A DNA stretch of 62,483 nt, filler included, from Bipalium vagum (Eukaryota): the NCBI GenBank assembly GCA_037834085.1. It is 3 parts of 3 records of this genome, joined end to end, with 100 filler letters (N's around TTAATTAATTAA, not from the genome) between each part and the next. Parts side by side here need not be neighbours in the genome. Positions count along the whole stretch, not along the records: positions 1 to 19,543 come from JBBMKC010000335.1; 2 more parts are not named here. One strand, written 5' to 3'. Below, piece after piece: positions 1 through 12,100 of the stretch. The notes under the pieces were generated by a model. That model worked only from the letters and a program-made list of their open reading frames with translations, was not told where the DNA came from and did no database searches. Position 1 is the first letter of the stretch; the number at the start of each line of letters is the position of its first letter. Made by a program: the position numbers and the translations under genes.

Positions 1-1135
1 TAGTTGGTGAGCCCAGTTCTAACCTATATCAATAGAGTTAGCATTTTTGTAATTTCGAGATTAGATCTCGCAGTAAGCGTCGAACCAAGTAAAAACCCAT
101 ACATTTTGGTGAACCCTTACACATACGCAAAATGTATAAAGCTACAATAACAAGTTAAGCAAGAAAATAAAAAAAGATCGTCAAGGAATAGATGAAGACA
201 TGAGAAGATTTTATCAGTGAATTTATGTTCTTAGACTAGTTCAAAGAAAATTCATTTAATGAAATACTGTTATTGTTAAAATTTAACAAATCTTTGGTTT
301 AATTAATTTATCATTCATTTTATGAAAAATTAATTTGTCAGTGTTGTGTTAATTTGTCCAAAAATTTGGGGTTGTAAAATTAAATTGGTTGTCTAACGAG
401 GTTGTCAGATTAGTTAACTTAGTTTAATGCCCTCAGCAATTTTTCAGATAGCAGTTATGTAAACTGTGAAAAATAAAAAGACGAAAATGGAAGAAAAATA
501 CAATTTTATTTAATTCTCGAAAAAGGTTTGAGCACTTATTTGTTGGGTTAGTCAAGGACACATCCATGTTAACCATTATAAAAATTATATGTTAAGGACC
601 GCAAAAAAGTCAGAAGTAAAATAATAATAATAACAATACTAAAAATACTAAATAAATAATAATAATGAATTAAAATTGCAAACTTAATTAAAACAAAAAA
701 GACAATTTATTATTTCCTAAAAAAGATCAAATCTTGACAACGGCGAAGCTCAATTGCCAAGATTAGATCAGCGTCCTTATTCCCCATTGTTAAAACTGGT
801 CTACGATTGATTAATCATCTGTCCAGAATAGTATTTCAAGAGTTGGAAACCGTAGTGGATTGTCATAAAATTTTTCTAGAGGAACCGCATCAGAAGATTA
901 TAAGAAATTTCGTCAGAAGAAAATAGGAAATTTTTTTCAGAAGACTACGAAATACTGCATCTAGTAAATAATTCTTTATGCCATCTATGCTACAGGAGCT
1001 TACGACGGGTCCTATGTTGTTAGGAGGTTTCTAGGCGAACTGGATTGGGGTCAGAAAACCACTCTTTGGATTTGTCGTCGACACAATTGGTAAGGCTATC
1101 GTTATTTATTTTGTTTTTTATAATTTAATTATTTA

Positions 1136-1378
1136 CAGTACCTGGCCATTGAAATAGACTCAAGTATTATTTTACAAACAGTGGTATAACCATAAAGTGA
1201 TAACCATGATAAAGAAGAGACTAGTTTGGGGAGTGAAATACAAACAATAGGGAGACCCATTTTGGTCAAAAGTAAATAAAAATTTATTTCTACAAAATGG
1301 TTTTCATTAAATCGGTTTAATTTCTTACGTCAAAAAACAATATTTTTTTTATGAGTCTATTTCAATGGCCAGGTACTG
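1136..1378. mobile_element. Tc1/mariner-type MITE (243 bp)
   Basis: Perfect 27-bp terminal inverted repeats (CAGTACCTGGCCATTGAAATAGACTCA ... TGAGTCTATTTCAATGGCCAGGTACTG), flanked by TA on both sides, no ORF. Confidence 0.9.
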
Positions 1379-3032
1379 TAATTGACTATTATTTATCAAG
1401 ACATTTGACTTTTTGTATGATCGATTATTGAAACATTTGATTTTGTGATTGAAGACATTTTTATTTATTATTTGAGACATTGTGTTTGTATTTGTTACTT
1501 AATTAATAAAGTGTTTTTCGTATTTGTTTTAATTCATTCATTTGCGTACACGTTTTGAAAAAAGTGAAGGGGTCAGTAAACTTTGTGAGCTAAGTGTTAA
1601 GACAGCATTCATAGCAAAATAATAGCGTAACATATTTATAAGGACTTATGAATAATATTACTAAGTCAATCGGTAGAGATAACTTGATAGTTTATAATTC
1701 AATTTGAAATATAAAATTAAACTTCTGTTACGATAATCGCACAGAGTTTTACAATTTAAAAAGAAATTCCTTACTATGTTAATTTGAAATTATTGTTTGA
1801 CCACAGCGTTTTCTCATCTAAGTTTTCTTGCGTGACTCGTTCTGATTGCTCTTAAAACGTTCTCATATGTATGTCTCTTTGTGAGCATTTTTTGTGTGAC
1901 TTTTAATTAATTCTTGTTAGTTTATAAATATAAATTTCCTGGACTGTTATTATTATCATCTACATATAATTTCTTTTTTTAGAAACATTATTTTATTTAC
2001 ATTAGTTTCTATTTATAGTAACTTCTAATTTCCATATTTATTTTATGTACAAATTCTTTATTTATTTGCTAATTTTATATTGATAATACAATAATTAATA
2101 AAATAATAATTGTATTAATCTTTAATTTGATGATCCCAAATTTATAATTTTTCAACATGTTACATAAATCACATTATGAAGTGCAATATTTTGATTATAA
2201 GACTTTAAAAAAACATTCTAAAGAAACATTGTCATACTTTTCAAATTGCCAAATGTAAGAACAACACAACTAAGCTTTGTAATGCTTGTCAAAAACCCTT
2301 ATATGGTAAAAGTGATACAAAACATGTCCCAAATGTTTCATATAATCAACTGTTTAAATATGTAAATAAAAAATTTGGAAATACGCGTCTTTAGTACTTT
2401 TTATAATATTATGTCAATTGACGTAATTGATCCTTATCGATATCTTGCTTTTTTGGTCTTTCTAGTGTTAAAAGTGCTAAAGCTTCTTTCATAAAATACT
2501 TTAACCTATTCCCTGAAGATATTTTAATATAAATATTATTAGCATTTACTTTATATAAAGATTAAAACATAATGAGTTCTTAAATATTTTATTTTTGTGA
2601 GATGAATATTATCCTCAAATTATTTTTTTTAAGGTGAATAAAATATTTTTTGTCTTAAAAACGATCTTTGATCTCTAATCAGCATATAAATAATGCTTGG
2701 TAATAATTATGGAGAACAGACAATATTAACACTCACGTTAGTTAGATGTGAACTTTTCAATAACAATGAAAAAATCTCCAGGTTTGACAATTTATTTGTT
2801 ATAAAACACTGATTTATGTCTCTTGTTATTGGTATTTAATTTCTTTGTGAGGTTTAATAGATTTTGTTATTAAGAGGATATTATATGGCACCTGCCAATA
2901 TGTTGACAATTTCGCTAAGTAAAAATGAGTCCATTCCACGATCTCCCAGAAGACATTGGGCAAATAATTTAACCTATTTGTCCTTAGTTATATGGACGAC
3001 TAATAATAATAAATAGATTTGTTGGTTGCAAA

Positions 3033-6000
3033 ATGAATAACAAAATGAACTTGTTCATTATATTTATTCTTATTATTATTATATCAGGTAAGCTTTTATT
3101 CCAATTTGTTATTCAGATAATTGTAAAAGGAGTGAATTTTTCATATTAAAAATTTTTTTCAGTCAAGCATGGTAAGGAGAAGTTGCTCACAATATTTCTT
3201 TGAACCCTTAATTGAATCCAATTTTTTGAGTGATGAGTGAATAAAATCAACTTTGATTACCTTTGATTTGAAGATATTTTTGAGTGATCTTACTACTTAT
3301 AATTTTTCAATATTTATATGACCATAATATTATTATGAATATTCGCTTATTTGTTGAAAAAAGATTGACTTATTTTACTGAAAACCATTTCCAGAACATG
3401 TTAACATGACAGGAGAAAAAAGACTCATTAGAACTTTGATGACAAATTATAAAAGTAAAGGTAAAATTGGAAGGCCAGTAAAAAATGTTCACGATATTGT
3501 CGTGGTCAAATACGGATTGGCGTTGATCCAGATCATGTCTCTTGATGAGAAAAATCAGATCCTCAGTGTCAACGTTTGGGCTAAATATGTGAGTTATGAT
3601 TTCCAACGGTTGAACAATTTTGATCAATATACCTAGACGTGGGTCGACGAAATGTTACAGTGGGATCGGAAAAAATTCTCAAACATTGAAGAGGTGAAAA
3701 TACCACCAGACAATATATGGACCCCAGATATTGTTCTTTTTAACTAGTGAGTTTTCTTTAATAAAATCTGCTTGATCCATATCCTATGAATTTAAAGATA
3801 ACATTTTACATATATTCAATCGTAGTGCTGACGAAAGGTTAGTGGAAAAGAGAGACGTGATGTTATCAGTCGATTACAGAGGAAATATTATTTGGATGCC
3901 TCCGGCCATTTTCAAGAGCAATTGTCAAATTGATATATCAAACTTTCCATTTGACTACCAAACTTGTTACTTGAAATTCGGCTCGTGGACCTATAAAAGC
4001 GATAAACTTGACATTCAGTTGTATGAGAATTCTTCGGAGATCGACATTGTGGATTATACGGAAAGCAACGAATGGCTAATCTTGCACAGACCGGCTCGCA
4101 GGTTTGTCATGTATTATAAGAAGGACAACACCAGCCAGCCAGATTTAACATTTTTCTTAATGTTAGCCCTTTTCGTTAACTTTTTAATAACAGGTTTTTC
4201 AGTTTAAAATCATTTTCATGGAAAAGTGATCATTTGTCTGTGAATGACATTGATTAATTAGTACTATATTCATATTTTGATCCTCTGAGATCTTGATCAT
4301 TGTCAGTGGTAAATTTTTAACAATTTTGACTGTTGATATTAGGTTAAATAGTGAGAATAGCATACCATAAATGCAAGCATATACATTATATATAATAATA
4401 AAAATTTAAAAATATAAAATAATATCTATATTGAATACTCAAGAAAATGATATTGCGTTATTAATATTTTGAATAATAATAATGTAATATAATATATTAA
4501 AATTAATCCCAATTTAGTTTAAAGCGAAATTCTGCATATCATGCATATCTACTGGTTGTCCCATGTGTTCTGCTATCAATTCTGACTCTTTGCATATTTT
4601 GGTTACCTCCAGAATCCCCAGCCAAAATGATTCTTGGTTAGTTGGAAATTTAATCTAACCTTTTAATTTCATTATTTCAGATACATTATATAATACATGT
4701 CATAAAAATATAATATTTTTGAAATACTTTAATAAATATTGAATTAACAACTTTATTAATAACTAATGTCGTTCTTAAAGATATTTATTTATTTATAGTA
4801 TTTTCTATGCATTTATAATTTGAGACAAATTTTATATTAAGTTCATGTTGGGTTACTAGGGAATTTGGAATGAAATAAACTTTCAAACGCTTCAAGGTCA
4901 AAGCTTAATATGCAAGTCTTACAACTATTATTTAATAAATTTAACCATGAAACCTATAAATCCAACATTGGTCTTCGTAGTTACCATCAGAATAGTATTT
5001 CCCATTTATTAAACTGATTCTTTTTGCTTTTATTTTCAACGGGAATGCAAAATACTCAATGTCCAATAGAGAAAGAAATCATAAGCATGTTTGGATAAAA
5101 TCTTCGAAGCTTAAATTAAAATTACAGTTTTGGGTACAAATTATACTCTTTTTTACATTTTTGATTATATGGCTATTTTGAAGGTTATGCCTTAGATTAT
5201 CACTGAACCATCTTATTAAATTACCGTATTTGCCGGACTATAAGCCACACCCAAAAAACTGAAATGTATTATAATTTAGGTATTACGGCTTATAGTTTAT
5301 ACGTTAATTTTGTATTCTGTGGAAAACTGTCAGAGTGCGGTTTATAATCCGGCGCGGCTTATAGTCCGGTAAATATGGTAAGTTATTAATAAAACAATAT
5401 TAATTATTGTTTGACAATACAAATCTTATTTTAACTTTCTTCCAGATTTATGGAAAATGTGATTAAATATTTATAATGGTGTGACAATCGAATTCCAGGA
5501 CCTTAGTTGTACAAAATCAAAGGTACATAAAACAACAGTAAATCATATTTCATTACTCAAAATTGTCACCATTGACTTGAGTACACTTAGTACATCTTTT
5601 ATACAAAGCTTCAAAACTTTTGTTAAAGTTCTCTTTTGGAATACCCCTCAGTTCGCTTGTAACATTTGTCTGAATATCCTCAATATCTTGAAACGTTCTT
5701 CCTTTAAGTATGGCTTTCAGTTTTGGGAATAGCATGAAATCTATTGGAGCAAAATCCGATGAATATGGAAGATGGTTGATAACCATAACTCATTTTTCAG
5801 CCAGAAAACTCTACAATTATTGAGTTATGAGAAAATGCATTATCATTCAGTAAACTCCAACTTCCTTTAGTACTGTAGGTCTAATTCTGCAAAATCAGAC
5901 ATCACTTCATTGCAATAAACAGCATGAGTTTTTTTATCAGAAGGTAGAAATTCTTTGTGAATGACTCCATCAGAATCAAAAAACGTGATCAAAGGGTTTT

Positions 6001-7376
6001 ATTCTTTGATTTTTTGCAGCCGTAACTTTTTTAGTTTTGGAGAGCCCTGTGTTGAACAAATAGGTAGTTGAAATAAAATATTCAGAATTTTCAATGAACG
6101 ATATCATGTGCTGCCATCATAAACAAAATTTATTTTACAACTGTATAATTAACGTTAAAATAATAGAACTGGAACTTTATTTTCACATCATGTACATTAG
6201 AATATGTTGACATTTTTTAACAATTAAAGTTCTTATTCACCTCAATTTTTTGAATTAATAATAATAAGAATAATAATAATAATACAATAACAACAACAAT
6301 AATAATAATACAGTAATAATAATAATAATTTTTAAACCATTAATTATTAAATAATTATCTGGAAACTTAAAAATATTAAAAATATACTTTTATGTTTGTT
6401 AAAGTAATTTGTTTTCTTCATTTTGACTTATAATTATATTATAATATAAAATGAATTAGGCATGAATATTTTTGTTGCCTTTTCTCTTTTACTTCGATTG
6501 CTAGCTGAAACCACTCCGTCTGCGTCTACGAGTGTACCATATCTTGGTAAATAAATATTATTATCTAATATTATTAATTTAATTAACATAGGCTGTTATT
6601 ATTGTTTGAACATGATTCTTATTACACTCAGCACCTTTCTTTCAATTATTGTCATTAATCTTTATTTTCGATGTGATAGAAAGAAAGATCTGCCAGATTG
6701 GTTAAGAAAAGTCAGTTCAATAAAGTAGTTTGAAAGAATTTTAATAATTTTTTAGGTTGTAAATGCCGCATCCAGTTTCCTCAGTACGAAACACGTAATT
6801 CTCTCCTCAAGTTCAGAAAAGCTACATTTAATTAAATGGGAAATCAAAAAATTAAATGTTTATGTAAATATGCAAGAAAAAGGAATTAACACATCTCAAA
6901 AAACACTTAATACTCCAACCTTTAATAGATTAAAACAAAAGAACTCAAATATGGTAGAAGAAACAGCTCTTTCAGGAAAACGTTCAACTGATTTAAGTAA
7001 TTCTATTGAAATGGGTGAACGGAAAAGTATGTTTAATCCTAGACGTTGTTCTGATAATCCCTTTACGAACCACACTACATTTTCAAGCCAAGCCAATCAA
7101 CCGAAACGAAGCAGCCATTCTGCAATTCTTTTGGAAAAAAATCTGAGCGAAATAAGAAATGCTCTAAAAAATTTAATGATGAAAATAACAGAAAAAGATC
7201 GTGGTAACAGAATCGCAAGGGAATGGAGAATTGTTGCCATAATTCTTGATCGTTTTTTCTTTTGGCTATATTTTTTTACAATCGTACTTTCTGGCTTAAC
7301 TCTCTTGGTACCCCGAGGCCTTCCTAAAAGTATGGAGCTAATTCTTGAAGAATATTCAAAAATGTACGAAAAGTAG
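3033..7376 (+). CDS. Cys-loop ligand-gated ion channel, nAChR-family non-alpha subunit, predicted anion-selective (ACh-gated chloride channel-like)
   Basis: Phase-consistent GT-AG exons 3033-3087, 3395-3588, 3637-3746, 3826-4161, 4518-4636, 6460-6546, 6592-6710, 6756-7376. Signal peptide MNNKMNLFIIFILIIIIS; WTPDIVLFNYAD; Cys-loop CQIDISNFPFDYQTC; FGSWTY; M1 YLLVVPCVLLS; PPESPAKMILGMNIFVAF (M2); M3 YYCLNMILI; M4 EWRIVAIILDRFFF. Confidence 0.95.
5224..5378. mobile_element. Tc2/pogo-like MITE in nAChR intron 5
   Basis: Inverted ends CCGTATTTGCCGGACTATAAGCC / GGCTTATAGTCCGGTAAATATGG (2 mismatches) with TA flanks; ~155 bp. Confidence 0.8.
5475..6192 (-). mobile_element. Internally deleted mariner element in nAChR intron 5
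   Basis: Minus-strand HLPYSSDFAPIDFMLFPKLK...RCTKC..NGDNFE (mariner C-terminus); further frameshifted transposase pieces upstream; degenerate TIRs (ATGGTGTGACAATCGAATTCCAG vs ATGATGTGAAAATAAAGTTCCAG). Confidence 0.85.
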
Positions 7377-8046
7377 AGTTCCACTTTTCTTAATGTTTAT
7401 TGTGTTTTTCTGTTATTAAATATATGTTTCAAATATTGTCAACAATTATTATTGATTAAATTAGTCAGATAAAAAAATTAAGACTATACTCTTTTTTTTG
7501 ACAGAAGGACCCTAAGAGACTTTCGGATAACCCTGGAATGTTTAAATTACTAATTTGAAAAAGTATTATAAATTATGTAAAATATATAATATGATTTCAA
7601 AAAACAATAATAAATTTCTAAAATTAGACGTCAATATTATCATCTCCACACCACTTTTATTAAAGTAATTCACTCCCAAAAAGACACTGAGCCAAATTCA
7701 ATTAAAGGCATACCTATTTTTTCCGTCATGCTTTTGTTATTATTTTTCTTTTAGTACAAATTGAATAAAAATTGTATTATAATAATGAAACATAATGTAT
7801 GACTGTTGCACCCATGATCAAATATTGTTCATCCGTTATAAAAAAATAATAACAAAAGCAAATTGTGTTTAAAATGAATTCAAATGCGAATTTCAATTAA
7901 AGGAACTTTGAATTTTTGTATTTTATTTAAAAATTTCAACAGACAAGTTCAAACAATTTTATTTATTTAACAAATTTTACTTGACAGGATTTCTTAATTT
8001 CTTTATTGTGCACTAAAAGTGAGGAAAAGATAAATTTTAACCAATA

Positions 8047-8360
8047 ATGAAACTTCAAAAAAATGCGTACCAGGATATAGGTAATTCAAATCGCAAAATA
8101 GCACGAAAATTAAATAGATCGGAAACAGCTATTTATAAGGCTGTGAAATGAAATAAAAGATATGTAACAAAACGTTACCAGACAAATGATAAAAAAATTA
8201 CAGATCAACAAAAATACTATATCAGAAGTGCACTCAATAGACGATCAACATAAAGAAAAATAGTGTTCAAATTGAGCCTACCAATTGGTAAACGATTATC
8301 CAACAAATCTTATTCAGAAGCAATCGGTTAAAATAGCAAAAAATGAAAAAAAATGGGTTG
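8047..8360 (+). mobile_element. Degenerate Tc1/Tc3-like transposase N-terminal (HTH) remnant
   Basis: SNRKIARKLNRSETAIYKAVK followed by stops and frameshifts. Confidence 0.45.
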
Positions 8361-9121
8361 TCCTGAAAGTTCGTCAGATTTTTAATATACATAATTAAAA
8401 CAATTTTTATTATAATAGATAGATAGAAAACATAGCATATATATGTATATTACACCTAATATAAAAATTCTTATTTTTCTTTTTTTGTCTCAATATCATT
8501 TTTATCTTTACAAAAGTAAAGCAAAGGTATAATTTGACTATTAACCTCTCTCATCCAACATTTCGAAGCTTTTTTAGTAATTTTTAAAAAAATTTGACAT
8601 ACTCTTTTAAAATAAAATTAAACTTAAAAAAGATTTCTGTTAATAATCACTTCAAAATAATAAGTATAATTTTAATGCGAAAGTCAAACAATAAAAATAT
8701 TATAAATTAACCAATAATAATTAAAAATTAAAAAATATATTTTATCATTATTAAAATTTTTTTTTAAAATTAAAAAAAATTATGAAAAAGGGAATTAAAA
8801 AACAAAATAATCAATCTTTTCTATTGAGTGCTCAACTTTTCAAAAATAAGTTTTCTAAAATATTTGATTTAGATTTAAAAAAAAATCAAAATCAAAATAT
8901 AATAAAATAAGAAAATAAAATATGTTTTGACTATATTTTTTTATAATAATTTATTTATTTTTATTGTTCATTAATACAAATGAACCATATCAAAGACCGG
9001 ACCAATGGTTAATAAACTGTTCAAAAATCAATGCTAATATCACAATATGAGTAGGCATGGAGCTTAGTAAGCATTTAGTGAGCAAAAGTGAGCATTAAAT
9101 TATAGTGAATTTTGAAAATAA

Positions 9122-12100
9122 ATGAAAAAAGTCGACTTAGAATACTTCAAAAAGGAATGTCTATGGGCCCATAATGAGTAAGTATCATAAGATTCAATAT
9201 TTTTTACTTTTTATTATTTAGGTTAAGAAGAGCTCATGGGGTCAAGCCGCTTAGTTATGACGACAATTTATCCATTGAGGCACAGGAATATGCCAATATA
9301 TTGAAAGAAAGAAAATCCTTTCACCGGAACAACAGTGATGAGAGGCTCGATATTGGAGAAAATGTGTCTCAGAGTTCAAAAGACTTTATAAATTATGTCT
9401 TTTCAGGTATCTTAACTTTTCAATTAGGTGATAGAGTTCATAAAACTTTAACCAGGCCTTGCAGCAACAGTTCTTTGGTACTCAGAAATAAAAGACTATA
9501 ACTTTAATAAAGAAGTCCAAGACTCAAGATTTAATACAGGTTACCTGAGGAAAATTAATAGAATATTAAATTTTAAATAGGAAATTTTACCCAAATGATT
9601 TGGAAAGACACTGAAAAGGTGGGATTTGGTAGAGCTCAAAATTCCATTACGAAAACTTGGTTCATTGTGGCAAGATATTATCCAGCTGGAAATGTGAAAA
9701 ACAAATTTAAAGAAAATGTTCTTCCGTTGATAAATAATCGTATGATTTGTCCAATATGCTAAATTATTAACGCGTTCTATTCAACAGCGAGGTGGGATAA
9801 GCTTAACGTTGTTGAAACATATTTGGAAGAATTGAAGTCGTGGGAATATACCAATGGAAGGAAAAGCATATTGGATTCATATTCCTTTTCCATACAGACA
9901 GCCAAAGATAACAAAGAGTTTCTTGTAAAGGAAAACTTCAAGCCACCTGACAAAGATGTTTATCACGAATCGCAGATCTTCAAAATTGATGTTACAAAAG
10001 AAGTAACGTGAGAAGAGAAAAATATTAATTAATTTATCAAAATTATTTATAAAAGAAATAATTTTGTGTTATATATAACAATAGACATCGAATTCGAGAT
10101 CAAGAACGTGAAGTTTGTTCACTGTTGATGAATTATATGGAATGGAAATTTTTAATATTAAATATTGTACTAATTAATATGATAATTTTATTTATTTATA
10201 TTATCTGTAAGAAATATATTTGTCATTAACTTGTCAACATCTTTAATATTGATTGAAGTCTAAATTCTAAGATGGCATTAAATCAAATTATTAGGCTTAT
10301 TATTTATAATGATCTCTTGAAGTTGTCTGGCATTGAAACATTTGGATTAATATAATATTTAAATATTTTAATGAAAATTAATTAAAGAAATAAATTTACA
10401 AATTTTAAAAAATTTTCAAAAAATTGATAGTTTTTGCCATATTAGGGATATATTTTTGGATGAAAAATCAATTTCTTAATTATCTCAAAAATTATTTTAA
10501 TAATTTTATATTTTACAGCCGCGCCCTCTTTTTGTAAATAAGGCAATACCACATAAAAGAGAAAAGGAATTCGAAGAAAAGCACGTGTCGCATCCGATTA
10601 ATTTTCGTAATGGTGAGATTTTCTTTATATTTGTAAGGCGCCTGGTAACATATTCGAATAATGAGAATTAAGTTTTGTAAAGAAAGTTAATCATACAATT
10701 TATTTAACATTACAATATGGAAACATCAGTATTTTATTTCATTCAATCCAGTTTCCCCTAGCGTCATTTAAATGGGGCAGTCTTTAAACAGGATCGCAAA
10801 CAGTAAAGATATTGATTACAAGATCTAAAGATATCAAATTTTGCAATCTGAATATTACTACAGAAAGACTCCGTGTTGTAGTGGCAGCATTTGTAATTAA
10901 AACTATGGATTTTCTAGAGATGATAATCGGTGGCTAAATGCTTAGCTAAATATAGATATCTGAACATGCAAAAAAAATATTTATTTTATATTGTTCTATA
11001 GATTAGAAAATCCATATTTTATAGATCAGAAAATATTTTTTATGTTATCATTTGATAAATTACGAAAAAAGTCGATCTTCGCAGACGTATCTATGATTTG
11101 ATTGGACAAATGAAGAAAACCGAATTGATAAAATATTTTCCAATGGAAAAGGTTCCACGTGCAACGATCTATCGAATTATCAGAAAAAAAAACAAGCATC
11201 ACTTAACCTTCATTGGAGGCAGTAATTAATACATGCATCAAAAGACAATAGAATCTTTGAACCTCTGCATTTTATTCGGAATTCTTTAGAAACCAATAAG
11301 TCTTCAAATAAATCATAAGAAAAATACACTTTTGAGTTTAACAATCTTTTTGAAAACTGAAATTGAGATTTGGTTAAATGACCCTTTTATTGTTTTTTGA
11401 CCTTTAAAGTGTAACCTGCGATTCCCATTTACATTACAACTGAAATTTGTTTAAGAAGCGTTGATTATACTCTAATCAAACTGAAAAGTTTTATTATATG
11501 ATCTCAGTTCCAACTTCACTATTGACAGAAATCATTGTCAATCACAAAGAACCTTGTCGAATTTGATGTCTTATCATATTAACCATACTCTCCTGCCTGA
11601 TTTTCCTTTTTTAAATTTAAATCATTTTTGCTCGCTATCAAAATTTTTCTCAATAAAAATGTAAAGATCTTGGTCACAATTCTTGAATTCAAGTCCCCGG
11701 AATACAAGCCTAACATCGATTTATTTATTACAATAATACTACTTATCAAAGTTTTTATTGTATTTTTATGATAGTATTAGTGCTATAAGATTTTTATTGA
11801 TTCAAGTTATATTTTGACTCAACTAAAAACATCACTTCAGCTTTTATTTATTTTCCTTTTCAAACCTCAGGGCTCAGCGACGGTGATGAAGACATCGAAA
11901 GCTTTGCAGACTGCCTGGTTGCCCGTCATAATCTGTATAGGAAAAATTATGGAGTGGAAAAACTTGTTTTTGATTATGTAAGATTAGCTATCTTTCCTTT
12001 TCCTAATGGAATAAATCTATATAATAATACTTATATGTAATATAATATTAATACACTTATATTATAAATATTATTACAAAATATTAAGCCTTGATAATAG

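Noticed and set aside
720-1600. GC-richer block ending in a TIR-like sequence near 1570-1596
   Set aside because: No matching left TIR and no recognisable protein motif in the window.
6896-7384. Minus-strand ORFs over the channel's last exon (also 3370-3627)
   Set aside because: Antisense shadows of a well-supported + strand exon.
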